Assembly (NCBI GenBank): GCA_951406725.2
Contig: OX597819.1
Span: 59,644,001-59,708,000, forward strand
Length of the DNA: 64,000 nucleotides
Direction: 5' to 3'
Source of the DNA: Octopus vulgaris
Lineage: Eukaryota
Within the stretch, counting starts at the first letter, position 1, and every line of letters starts with the position of its first letter. A program made the position numbers and the translations under genes. Shown here in pieces: positions 11,093 through 23,441 of the stretch. The notes under the pieces were generated by a model. That model was given only the letters and a program-made list of their open reading frames with translations. It was not told the origin of the DNA and searched no databases.

Positions 11093-11713
11093 CAAAAAAC
11101 ACAAATGGGGTTTGAAATTTAATACAGCTGTTTCTGTAGAATTTTGTCAATACATTCATAGATTACATCATAGCATAAATACATCATCTTTGGGTAAAAT
11201 TTTATACAGGTATAAACAGACAAGGTAAAACCTTGATGATGACCTATTCAGCAACCAGCTTATTCATCATGTTGGGTGTTGAACAGATCATTGCACACAC
11301 AATAGGCGTTTTTTTGTCCCTAAATCCACTTGAAGGTTTTTTCTTCTAAGCTACTTAAGTGAAGATACTTTTCTTTTAATAAATTTATTTTATTAGAATA
11401 AAGAGTTTTTTTTTTCTTTTAAAATAGATGTTAAACATTCTGTCCAATAATAGGAAAAGTATTTAATAATAAAAACACACAAAAACCGTTAGATTCACTT
11501 CAACATTTAAATTTAATTTGTTGAAATATCTTTATCGCTTTGAAACTGCAACCGGTTCACTGACAAAACTCTGTTTCAAAGAGCCGAATATGTATGTATG
11601 TATGTTCGTATGTTTGTTTATGTATATGTATATATGTACATGTGAATGTATGTTTGTGTACCAATATGTGTTTCTGTTCAAGTTGTATATATGACTGTTA
11701 CTCTGTCGAAGGT

Positions 11714-11745
<32 letters not shown>

Positions 11746-11749
11746 CAAC

Positions 11750-12169
11750 CTTTAGATTTAGATTTTCCTCAACTAGTTTTTAGGAACTCAATATTGACAG
11801 AACTTGGTCATCCAGATTCAGGAGAGTCTGCCAGAGAAAGATTTCTTGCATGGAACTGGCCAAACAATCATTGACATATTCAGACATTTAAAGTTTCATT
11901 TCCATAGACAGAGCGAATATTTCTTGCTGCTTTCATTGCCGAAGAGCCTCTCTTGAATTCATACTGCATGCAGTGTTTTGACATGGGTTTGATACAAACT
12001 CATTTTGAAAGAGTGAAATCAAAACATATTTAAGCACATTGGTATAAAGAAAATAAAATAAAAACATTAGAATGTAAAAATTAATGCTTATTTTATTATA
12101 AATATTTAAAAAAGTATCCTCAAAATGATTGTGTCAAAAATGCAACAGGACTTTGTTTCTAGCCTAATA
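11750..12169 (-). pseudogene. Mariner 5' end: TIR plus N-terminal HTH fossil
   Basis: Minus strand begins TA-TTAGGCTAGAAACAAAGT (mariner-type TIR), then HCMQYEFKRGSSAMKAARNIRSVYGNETLNV*ICQ*LF..F....SLADSPESG*PS. Confidence 0.75.
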
Positions 12170-12240
12170 ATTTAAATTTCTTAGCTCACTACATTCCAGT
12201 ATTTTAGCACCTATTTTACTACAATGTTGTTATAATTCAG

Positions 12241-12306
12241 GATCTCCCAGACTCTCGCAAACTTGGACAAGAGATGAGAAGATTAGCTGAAAATCAAGTA
12301 AAACAC
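12241..12306 (+). CDS. MTBP: MTBP coding exon, C-terminal domain
   Basis: aattcag acceptor, CAC|GTGAGT donor, phase 0/0. DLPDSRKLGQEMRRLAENQVKH versus human [22 protein letters not shown] (recalled). Confidence 0.92.
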
Positions 12307-12844
12307 GTGAGTTTTCTTATATTTATTTAATCATTCCCATTTCCAATTACTTATTTGTCATGCTTCAGTGACAGACCTGCTTCAAAACTCTGTTGTTTAC
12401 TTGAATGTCATTGCCATAACAGTTACTTTCACTAATAATGCCTATGTGAACTTTTAGATACCTTTTCCCTATAACCATGGGTGGGTGGTAAACCAAATCC
12501 ATCACCCAGTTTTGTACCACCACTTAGCCCTTGGGTACCTTTAGGAGGGTTCATTCTGTTGCAGGTATTCAAGCTGGATATCTAGGCTGAGCATAACTTC
12601 CTCTATTCTCCTTTGTCCCACCCTCTAAAGCCCCACAAAATTGTTACGCTTCCTCTTCTGACTAAGCCATATAGTTTTTCTGCCTTGTATTCTTTTTCTT
12701 TTTAATCCTTTTGTTACCATATCTATTTTGAGATGCTCTGTGTTTCTTTCAATTAATTTTAAATATAGCAAAGAATTTAGTAGAATAACTTAGTTATCAT
12801 TAAACTAGTGTTAGGGACATAAATTGTGACTAAGATTTGGTAAA

Positions 12845-13075
12845 ATAAAATAAATGCACCCTTTTAAAATCTAGCCAGGCTCATGGGCCCAGTTTCCATG
12901 GCGTATGTGTTCCTTAGCTGGATGGGGCACCACTCTAACACAGCTGAGTGAACTGGAGCAACATGAAATGAAGTGTTTTACTCAAGAACACAACGCGTTG
13001 CCCGGTCCAGGAATCAAAACCACAATCTTACGATTATGATGCTGACACCCTAACCACTAAGCCACGCACCTCCAC
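12845..13075 (-). mobile_element. tRNA-derived SINE (head type D, tail type 3) inserted in a piggyBac MITE
   Basis: Head GTGGAGGTGCGTGGCTTAGTGGTTAGGGTG. Imperfect TSD ACTAAGATTTGGT/ACTAATTTTTGGT. Plus-strand sibling at ~18559-18795; head-only copy at ~28540-28690(-). Confidence 0.75.
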
Positions 13076-13537
13076 ACTAATTTTTGGTGCAAGATTTTAA
13101 TTCAAAACTTATGAAAACCAGACATTTGTACTACAGAGCCAGAAGTGGTTTCAGCCAGGTTGGTACCAAAGGGGTTAATTATAGAAAGGTTTATAGGAAA
13201 ATCGTTATGTGTCTGTTATATTGTATGAGGTACTGGTGTTGATATTTAACTTCCATATTTGATATTCTTTAAGGTGGCAAGCTGGCAGAATTGTTAGGAC
13301 ACTGGGGTAAATGCTTAGTGACATTTTGTCTGTCTTTACATTCTAAATTCAAATTCCGCTGTGGTCAACTTTGCCTTTTGTCCTTTCAGGATGGAAGGAG
13401 CACTTTCAGGGTGAATGGAGCACTAGGGATCAATGTAATGGACTCAACCCCTCTCCAAAATTGCTGGCCTTGTGCCAAAATCTGAAACTAATATTTAATA
13501 TTTTTGTATTTTTATCAATAACTTGTATCTTTTCTAG

Positions 13538-13624
13538 GTTGTTGAAATAGAAACTCATCGTCAGAAGTCTATGAGGACAAAAAAGACCCAGAAATCAGAT
13601 GAAAATGGCAAAGTAACGGCCTGA
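13538..13624 (+). CDS. MTBP: MTBP terminal coding exon with stop codon
   Basis: tcttttctag acceptor; VVEIETHRQKSMRTKKTQKSDENGKVTA then TGA at 13622-13624; in phase with the previous exon. Confidence 0.85.
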   Translation, partial: VVEIETHRQKSMRTKKTQKSDENGKVTA

Positions 13625-13759
13625 TAATTCCATTAACCAAGCAAGTCTACCGGACACACTCATACACACACACACGACTGAATCATATAAATCCACCCTT
13701 CCAGGCTCTCTTGCCTTTTGGATGTCTGTGATATTCTTATTTATTTTTTTAACTGTTCC

Positions 13760-13765
13760 AATAAA
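13760..13765 (+). promoter_or_regulatory. Candidate MTBP polyadenylation signal AATAAA
   Basis: Canonical hexamer ~135 nt after the stop, followed by T-rich sequence. Confidence 0.55.
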
Positions 13766-13942
13766 TATTTTCTAAAACACTTCCCTATGTTTTCATATTT
13801 TCTTCACAAATTGTTCTACCCAAACTAATATTCATACTATGCATTCACTTATCTTCCTAATCTCACCCATTATGCTCTATATTAAGCCCTGCATAATTTT
13901 CAGCAATTTCAGTGGATCTATATTGATGCCTTGTGGTATATC

Positions 13943-15765
13943 TCAACAAAGTTATATAAAGTTTATGTCTTTATGTGTGTTCGTATGTTACTTATAGACT
14001 CAAAAACTACTGGACTGATCCTAAAGAAATTTGGAACACAAAATCCAAGCCTAGGGAGAAGAGTAATGCCGTATATTTCATACAATTTTGAGGGGGTGTA
14101 AAGGAGGGGTAGAACCCCCTTCCCCCATGAAAATTCACATGATTCGGATTTTGATAGGTATTAGAAATAAATTAAAAAATATGCCCAAAATTTCCATTTC
14201 TTTGGATGATTCTAAGACCAAAGAAATTTTAGTCATTTTTCATGGACCAAAATTACTGAATGGATCCTTATGATATTTGGAACATAGATTTAATGCATAA
14301 GGGCGGGTATAATGTAGTATGTTTGGTTTGAATTTAAGGGGTGCAGAACCCCCCATGAAAATTCATAAATTTCCAATGTTGATGAAATTTCAACTATAGG
14401 TAATTAACACAAAACAAGAAGTATTCCCAAATATTAATAATTTTTTTATGATCCAAAACAAAGTCAAAAGTACTGAATGGATCTTTATGAAATTTGGAAA
14501 TTATATTCTTTGCATAAGGGTAGATATAATGCAGTACATATTAGAAAGTGAGGGGGCCATAATCCCCATGAAAATTCATATATTTTTGCTGTTGATGAAA
14601 TTTTAACCATAGATATTAGACACAAATGAAGTAATATTCCTAAAATTTCAACTTCTTTGGAGGTTAGTAAGACCCCTTAATAGGGACTTAACCCTCACAA
14701 TTTAGTCATTTTTCCTAAGCCAAGATGAATACAATTGTAGTCTTGGAAGCCGTAGAGTCACCCAAGGATACAATATAAGCGTTGTTTGTAATTCAGTGGT
14801 ATAAGTGTAAGAGTTTGCTTTGAGATATACTTATATTGTGATTTCTGCAATGTGGTGCATAAATTGTCGAGTAAAGGAGAGGCATCTTTGCCTCCACTGA
14901 TTCAGTTGCAAAGTGTTATTTTGAGTAAAGTTATTCGGTTGCAGACCTCCTTTGAGTCATTTTATTATCACTGAGTCAGAGATAGTCCCCAGTTGGTAAC
15001 ATTCAAGGCCTTTCCTGATAAGTGATAGGTCATTCAAAGAGATTTATAGATTGCAAATTTATTCTGTTCAGTTACCTATTGGCATAGTGATCATTGGCAA
15101 ACTCCAAAGGTGACACTTTCATTTCCCCTTAGCCCTCACGTCACACAGTTGTTAATGTTTATTTGAGTTGGGTCACGCCCTTCCAATTGCTATAGATCCA
15201 CAATGCATCTTATGGCTGTGCTGTTCACCTGTATGGTGAGGAAACCTACATTGGAGAGTGGTAACAACTAGGATAGGGTAACTGACTGCTTATTGTGATC
15301 ATTCATCTTTTAGTTTCCTCTAGCTTTGCTCTCTTTTACAAACCCAATGAACATTCATATATTTCCAGTTTCAAAGAAAATTGAACAATAGATATGACAC
15401 AAATTAAAGAAGGTTTCCAACAATTCAACTTCTATGGTCGACTTTAAGACCCCCTTAATAGCGGCCTTAACTCCCACATTTTAGAGCTCAATGTGCTCTA
15501 TTTTTCAGGTAAATCTTTGAATGGGTTTTATAAGATTTGGATTTTGGAATTTGGGCATAAAGATGAGTAGTATGGGATAAATATGTCATGATTATAATTT
15601 TTGTTATGGTGTGTAAAGCGGAAAAGAGCTCCCAATAAAATTCTTAATCTCCAATTTTGATGAAATTCAAATCATAAGTATTCCAGTTCATTAGAGAAAA
15701 TATAAAAGAAAAGCCTAATTCTTCAATTCCATGTGTCACAGGCAATGCCAGGTATCTCTGCTAGT
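13943..15765 (+). mobile_element. Non-autonomous Helitron-like element with internal ~220-250 bp subrepeats
   Basis: 3' end GGCAATGCC hairpin followed by CTAG-T (15761-15765). Repeated ACTG(G/A)ATGGATC..ATGAAATTTGGAA...CCCCCATGAAAATTCA units at ~14010, 14255, 14470 and 15520-15650. 5' boundary approximate. Confidence 0.55.
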
Positions 15766-17648
15766 GTGTGTGTGTGTGTATATATATGCACGTTTGTGTC
15801 TCTGTTTGTCCTCCATCACCACTTGACAACTAGTGCTAGTGTGTTTACATCCCCATGACTTAGCATTTCAGCAAAAGAGATCAATAGATTAAGTACCAGT
15901 CTTAAAAAAGAAGTATTGGGTTTGATTCATTCAACTAAAATTTTTCTAGGTGGTGCTCCAGCAAGGTCACCATAATGCCTGAAACAAATAAAAGATAATA
16001 TCATTATGTAAAAATAATACATGGTTTTGGTCAGCTTGGGGCTACCATACAAGATATTTGCCCAAATTGCTTTGTAATGGGATTGAACCCAAGACTACAA
16101 GGCTGGGAAGCAAGCTTCTTAATCACAAAGCCACAGCTGTGTCTATGATTTTCTTATCAAATTCTCCTTATGAGAAAGAAAATATAATCCATGATTTTGG
16201 AAAAAAGTGATGTTACTAGCAAGCCATTCTGGTGTCATCATCATTTAACATCCATTTTCCATGCTGGCATGTGTTGGATAGTTTGACAGGAGCTGGTTAG
16301 CCGGAAGGCAACGCCAGGCTCCAGTCATTAGTTTTGGCATGGATTTCATGGCTAGATGCCCTTCCCAATGTCAACCAATTTATAGAGTTTACTGGGTGCT
16401 TTTTACATAGCACTAACAAAGGTGCTTTTTTTATGTGGCACTGGTGTGGGTGCTTTTGCAAGGTGCTGGCACAGGTGCATTTACATGGCACCAGCACAGA
16501 TGCTTCTCATGTGATGCCAGCACAATTTGCCTGGAAATTTTTTTTAAAAAGGGATGGCCATGAATGGAATGCCTTAGTCATTTAGCTGACCTGGAATTGA
16601 CCATTAACCCTTTTGTTACTATTTCTGTTGAGATGCTCTGTGTTTCTTTCAATTAATTTTAAATATAACAAAGAATTTAGTAAAATAACTTAGTTATAAC
16701 TAAGCTAGTGTTAGGAACATAATTTGTGACAAATGTTTGATGGAAGATTTTAATTTAAAACTTATGAAAACAAGACATTTGTACTCAGAGCCTGAGCTGG
16801 TTTCAGTTGGGTTGGTATTGAAAGGGTTAATAATAACTAGCAACAGACTAATTTTAGCAAACGAAGAACCTCCTATGTAGTCACTGACCTTCTAGAAATA
16901 GAGATAAACCTCCAAGTGGAGAGTTACACTATCTGTATGAAATTTGGATTTTAACAAATTACATTATTTGTATCTGTTGTTACTACTGTCAGCCTTGATC
17001 CAATGGACCACTATGATAAGAGGTATTCCAGAAATGATTTGGCTGCTATTTCTAGCAGATCAAGTGTCTGTGTAGAGAATTCCTCATTTATTGGTCGTTG
17101 TTCATCCTCAGTTCAGTTTTGATCCAGCAAACTTTTGATCAAAGACCACCAACATCTTTACAGTGGAAGGAAGTAGTCACTCATAAATTTGAAGTGCTGT
17201 TCATTAACCCCAGGTTAGCCCTAATTAAGCAGGCCTATGATCAACAACATTCCAGCTGTGACTTTCCTGTTCTTTTCCCTTTGTGCAGGAAACTCAAAAC
17301 TATGTTCTTTTTGAAGATAATAGGTGTGATTTTCGAGAGATTTGGCTGCTATTTCTAGTATACACACACACACACATACATATATACATGTCTCTCAGAT
17401 GGTTTTTCCTTGTGATGGAGGATTTGTAGGATTTAAAATTATGGGCATGGATGCTGCTGTCCTCCAGATTACATCATGATATAACATTCATTTAAACCAG
17501 CCAATCCAGCCCATATATTCTACCTGTTTTATGTTCAAACTGGCCAAATCTGGCTTCTCACTCCTAGCCCACAATGTTAATCTTAAAAATACATCATCAA
17601 AATCTCAAGGCTAACAAGAAGATCAATTCAAAACATTGTTAATAAATA

Positions 17649-17809
17649 TGCAGGAGTGGCTGTGTGGTAAGTAGCTTGCTTACCAACTACATGGTTCCGG
17701 GTTCATTTCCACTGCATGGGACATTGAGCAAGTGTCTTCTACTATAGCCTCGGGCCGACTAAAGCCTTGTGAGTGAATTTGGTAGACAGAAACTGAAAGA
17801 AGCCCGCCG

Positions 17810-17844
<35 letters not shown>

Positions 17845-18062
17845 ATGTATATATATGTCTGTTTGTCTCCCCCAACATCACTTGACAACTGATGCTGGTG
17901 TGGCTACATCCCCGTAACTTAGTGGTTCGGCAAAAGAGACTGATAGAATAAGTACTAGGCTTACAAAGAATAAGTCCTGGGGTTGATTTCCTTGACTAAA
18001 GGTGGTGCTCCAGCATGGCCACAGTCAAATGACTGAAACAAGTAAAAGAGAGTAAAGAGAGT
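17649..18062 (+). mobile_element. Composite tRNA-derived SINE family B with internal (TA)n/(TG)n, nested in a piggyBac MITE
   Basis: GGAGTGGCTGTGTGGTAAG head, GGGTTC B box, tail GGTGCTCCAGCATGGCC..GACTGAAACAAG. Other copies at ~30290-30646(-), 37270-37505(-), 39838-40220(-), 41685-42505(-, interrupted), 43320-43635(-), 52810-53198(-), 61030-61380(+). Confidence 0.85.
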
Positions 18063-19820
18063 ATTACATGTGACAGAGTAATCTGAATGCTAAATGGGTA
18101 AATTTCATGTATATTTTACATCAAACTCAATATTTTCCAATTATATATTCTATTGATCCATTTGTTTGGTAATGTAAAGTATCTCAGTATATACTGCTAA
18201 GCATCATGCCTATTTCTCACCTCAGAAATCCATAAGAAAACTTAAGTGTTTGTGTTTGATATTAACGAAGTCTTAGACACAATAACTATCATCATTATTG
18301 TTTAACTCTTTTGTTACCATCTTTCTGCTGAAATACACTGTCTTTGTTTTAATTAATTTTGAAAACAATGAAGAATTTTGTAAAGTCACTTAGTCATTAT
18401 TAAATTGGTGTTTGAAATGTAAATAAAAAAAGTTTTTATGGAATGCTTTAATATAGATCACTTTAAAATGAAAAGTTTTCATCAGAGATCTAGAGAGCAG
18501 TCTGAGGCAGGTTTGGTGTCAAAAGAATTAACATTTATCAACAAGTATAGTTAGATATGTGGAGGTGCGTGGCTTAGTGGTTAGGGTGTCAGCATCATGA
18601 TCGTAAGACTGTGGTTTCAATTTCTGGATAGGGCAACGCATTGTGTTCTTGAGCAAAACACTTCATTTCAGCTGGCAAAAATGAGTAACGCTGCGATGGA
18701 CTGGCATCCTGTCCAGCTGAGGAACACATATGCCATTGAAACCAGGAAACCAGGCCCATGAGCCTGGCTAGGCTTTAAAAGGGCGCATTTATTTTTTATT
18801 CTTATAGTTAGATATAAAGTTTTTCTATGCTGGAAAAAATATATCAGAGAAAATGTAGTAATCAATTCTTATGACCAAAGTCTTTCTTCTATGCATAGAA
18901 TTAATCATATAGATTGAGAGGAGACAGAACAATATCCATTTATATTAATAGTGCCATATCAATTCTCTTCTCTACCAACTCCAGAATCTTTCTCTTCTCC
19001 AATAATAACTTTTATGTCAATCACTACAAATCACTGACCAGTCTTCTCTATCTTTTAAATATATTTAATCTCTGGCAAACCTCATCATCACCCACTATAT
19101 AGACATTTCATCCCTCCATGAGGTGATTCACTCTTACTAGTAACGGTACTTTGACAATTTTATAAGATTTAATAGCACTAAAAAGTAACATTTACTTATT
19201 GCAAAGATAAATCGCATGAAACTCTAATTTCTCATGAGAAACCTCCCCTCTTAAACCTTATAAAATGGATTAAGTTCTTGTTTTATAATAAGAAGACAAT
19301 TTTAATAGTGTTCTTTAATCCCAAGTTGACCCTGATTGAGCAAACCTATGATCAAATACACTCCAACCATGAGCATCTCATCCTTTTTTTTCCAAGCAAT
19401 CTATCCTAGACTACATTATCCATTGTGCTGTGTTTTTTTTAAGAGAGTAGAGTACAATTTGAAGGAAGTTTGGCTGCTATTTCTTGGAAACTCTATCATC
19501 AGGAAGAAAGGTATTAGATGACAGTAATAGAGTTTAAGATTACTTTTCAATTTTTTTTATGACTTAGATAAATTACCATGTGTATCCCAGTTTTAGAAAA
19601 GATGTAACCACTTCCCTGCAAATTGAAGGACATTGCTAAAATTGTTGGTGATAGGAAAGGCATCTAGCTATAAAAGCTGACTCAGAAAACCCATGAAAGT
19701 ATAAGTGATTGTAAAATGCAAAGAGGAAGATGAGAAGTTAATGGAATAAGGGCAGTACCCATGGTTTTTTTGCAGTCTCTCCAAAACTGGTGGGAAGGTG
19801 AGAAGTTAACCTCAGACCAG

Positions 19821-20903
19821 AAACCTAGCTCAAGTGTTTGCAACAAAATGGATTCTGCTAATCACCCAAATTACAGATGGCTGCTCAAGGGTAGATGTTG
19901 TCTATCTTGACTTCACCAAAACCTTTAATTCTGTGTCACATAAACAACTTATAGTGAAGCTAATCTTTATAACAGATTGAAGTCCCTTATTTTCAGTCAA
20001 TAAGAAGTCATGATACTAAGAGAACATTCTTTACCCTAAACCTAGCTCAAGTGTTTGCAACAAAATGGATTCTGCTAATCACCCAAATTACAGATGGCTG
20101 CTCATGGGTAGATGTTGTCTATCTTGACTTCACCAAAACCTTTAATTCTGTGTCACATAAACAACTTATAGTGAAGCTAATCTTTATAACAGATTGAAGT
20201 CCCTTATTTTCAGTCAATAAGAAGTCATGATACTAAGAGAACATTCTTTACCCTAAACCTAGCTCAAGTGTTTGCAACAAAATGGATTCTGCTAATCACC
20301 CAAATTACAGATGGCTGCTCATGGGTAGATGTTGTCTATCTTGACTTCACCAAAACCTTTAATTCTGTGTCACATAAACAACTTATAGTGAAGCTAATCT
20401 TTATAACAGATTGAAGTCCCTTATTTTCAGTCAATAAGAAGTCATGATACTAAGAGAACATTCTTTACCCTAAACCTAGCTCAAGTGTTTGCAACAAAAT
20501 GGATTCTGCTAATCACCCAAATTACAGATGGCTGCTCATGGGTAGATGTCTATCTTGACTTCACCAAAACCTTTAATTCTGTGTCACATAAACAACTTAT
20601 AGTGAAGCTAATCTTTATAACAGATTGAAGTCCCTTATTTTCAGTCAATAAGAAGTCATGATACTAAGAGAACATTCTTTACCCTAAACCTAGCTCAAGT
20701 GTTTGCAACAAAATGGATTCTGCTAATCACCCAAATTACAGATGGCTGCTCATGGGTAGATGTTGTCTATCTTGACTTCACCAAAACCTTTAATTCTGTG
20801 TCACATAAACAACTTATAGTGAAGCTAATCTTTATAACAGATTGAAGTCCCTTATTTTCAGTCAATAAGAAGTCACAATACTAAGAGAACATTCTTTACC
20901 CTA
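19821..20903 (+). repeat. Tandem array, 5 units of 217 bp (one of 214 bp)
   Basis: AAACCTAGCTCAAG starts at 19821, 20038, 20255, 20472 and 20686; units are nearly identical. Confidence 0.97.
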
Positions 20904-21930
20904 TGCAATGATATCCGGACTCTCACAAGGATTTGTTTTTGGCCTCTTGTTGTTTGTTGCATATATTAATGAAATATAAACCAACATGAAGCATGTTGCT
21001 CTATTAGAATATGCAAATGATATCCTGCAGTATCTTGAGATCAAAAGAGAATAGATCTTACATTCTAAAGATCTTTCCTGCAGTCTGACCTGGGCATAAT
21101 GCAGCAGTGAACTGCTAGCTTGCAACTCAAACTACTATATGTTTTGGGAGGAAAAGTCCAGAATTTACCCTGTGACCAAAGTATTATTGTCAACAATGAT
21201 CTATGTTGGATGAGCTACATTTGTAAATTCATCTAAAAAGTCAAAGATGTTTTAGATCTCAATAATGGCTTTGTTAACTACTCACCAGCTGTCTATTTAA
21301 AATTATATATAGCTATGGTATGTCGCACAGTTTGCATTTCCAATCTGGAATTCTGATATCCAGAAAACTCAATCTACTGGAAGTTGTTCAGAGATGAGCA
21401 ACCAGATGAATGGATGAATACCCATCAGTCATTTATCATATCTTTAATGTCTTACTTTTCTGAGCATTGACAGACACACTAAAGCTTTGATGTCTGGGAG
21501 CTGACACAGTAGAAGTTCATATGATTATCCAACATCTTTCCAATAACAATTTTCACTATGTTTTTAAATTCAATATCTCTACCATCCAAGGACAAGCTTA
21601 TAAATTTTTAAAAAATAGTGCTGCACTCATGACTTTGGGAAACATTTTTTCATGCTTAGAATTGTTGAAGCGTGGAATAAACTACCTATGTCATTGTTAA
21701 CTGTCAGAACATTGCATCCTTCAAAAATTCCATGTTTCCTTAAAACTCTTGACGTGCCTATGCGCCCCCTCCTCTTTATGGCTCTTTTACTGTTTACTTT
21801 GTCTTATTCTGTGTATTGTGCATATACTTTTGGCTTTCATCGTCGTCTTTATTTGATTTACTGCTGCTTTCTGTCCCCTCTTTTACCCTTTTCCAACGAG
21901 TTGTACCGCACTTGGGCATTGTATAGAATA
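19860..21930 (+). mobile_element. Old, heavily decayed CR1/L2-group LINE related to the 9518-10896 element
   Basis: WVDVVYLDFTKTFNSVSHK in the repeat units; SGLSQGFVFGLLLFVAYIN after the array; RIVEAWNKLP near 21660. 3' motif GAGTTGTACCGCACTTGGGCATTGTA matches GAGTTGTAGTGCACCTGAGCACTGTA of the young copy. Confidence 0.85.
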
Positions 21931-22239
21931 AGGTCATCATTATTTTTAAACAAACGCTTGCTCATTTTAACAACGAGTTTGTTTCGACAAATTTAGCTGC
22001 TATTTCTAGTATATTGGGTGACAGTGATGCGCGCACACACACATATCCGTTATTGTTGTTTAGCCTCAACTCAGATTTGATCCTGTAGAACTACGATCGA
22101 AGTTACTCCATCTACGACCATCCTACTTTTCATTTTTTAAGCAGCGTAATCCAGACAGCATTATCAGAAAGTTGGTAGTGTATGACATGAGGGAGATTTG
22201 GGCTTTAAAAGACGAGATAGTCACAGTTGGAACGCCTTT

Positions 22240-22880
22240 CGTAAAACATGTTTTCGCGCGTCCGCGAATCCACGCATGCGCAATTATCAGACAGGTTATT
22301 TTTAATTTTGAAAATTTATGTTTCGGAGTCTAAATTAGGATATATATATATAATATATATCCATGCATGTTCACCAAGACCTTCGGTTTACTGACCTGTA
22401 ACGGTACGTGAAAGGAAGTGCATAAGCTTAAAATAGAAGGCACAAAGAATGCAGTATTACTGTACTTCCAGTAGAGACAGGATAGCGTGGGTTTGAAGCA
22501 AGATCCACGAAGACGGTGTCCCAACGCATCCGCAGTCCAGTCATTGAAACCAGGAAAAGAAAAAAAATATATATTACTTTTCTCAAAGATATTCTATATT
22601 CAATGAAACCATGAAAGAAGAGAAATTCTAAATAGAAGAATTGGGGTTTGGGGGTTGTATTTTTCTTCTTTTCTATATTTATGTAATAAATGTTACCGAA
22701 AATGAAACTAAAATGCTTAATTAAAGAAATACGATGTTTTGTACGTGATAAAGAAAATCGTATAAAAGTTATCCCGCATGTTATTCCGTAGCTTCTCCAT
22801 CAGCAGCAGCAGCAGTATTACAGCAGTAGAGCTTGTGAATCTATGTCGTGACTTCCGCCATGCGCCGTTGTAAGTGAGTT
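22240..22880 (+). promoter_or_regulatory. Probable Rab40 promoter / 5' region, CpG-retaining
   Basis: TTTTCGCGCG (E2F-like, 22251-22260), CACGCATGCGCA (NRF1-like, 22271-22282), ACTTCCGCCAT (overlapping ETS/YY1-like, 22851-22861). Visibly more CpGs than in the flanking gene bodies. Confidence 0.5.
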
Positions 22881-23281
22881 CTTGCTAAGCATTAATTCAT
22901 CGTGATGTACTGATTTGTTTATTGTCTTTTTAACATCGTTACCGTTATTTACATGCAACCTGTCGAGATATTGAATAATACTACGAATATTCCGTATGCT
23001 AAATCATTTATAATCCTCATTTTGATTATTTTGCATACGCCTGTATCCATCTTTTACCGCCGTTCTCTGCTTTCACGTCGTTTATTTTGTCATCATTTGT
23101 CAGATTGTCCAGCACTTTTTACTTTTTATTATCGCCCATGGATAATCGGCCGAATTTCTGGCAAAATACTTGATGTGGGATAAGACTTAATAAACAGTCG
23201 TGCGTTTCAATAACGGACGATCTGGCACACGTAAAGGAATTAAATAAGCAATTAAAAAATAAATAGCTACAAGAAGGAGAA

Positions 23282-23441
23282 ATGTGTGCTGCCAATTCAC
23301 CTCGGATTTTGGCTACCAAACCTTATGATTATCTGTTGAAATTCTTGCTCGTTGGAGACAGCGATGTCGGTAAGGAAGAATTACTCAACGGGATGGATGA
23401 TGGTGCCTCTGAGTCTCCTTATTACGGATTCTCTAGTTGTG
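23282..23441 (+). CDS. RAB40: Rab40 first coding exon (P-loop region)
   Basis: ATG with upstream in-frame TAG (23264-23266). [53 protein letters not shown]; the [24 protein letters not shown] pattern is Rab40-specific. Phase 1 donor G|GTAAGT at 23442. Confidence 0.95.

Noticed and set aside
19821-20903. CRISPR-like array
   Set aside because: Units are entirely repeated with no unique spacers, derive from a LINE, and there are no cas genes; eukaryotic context.
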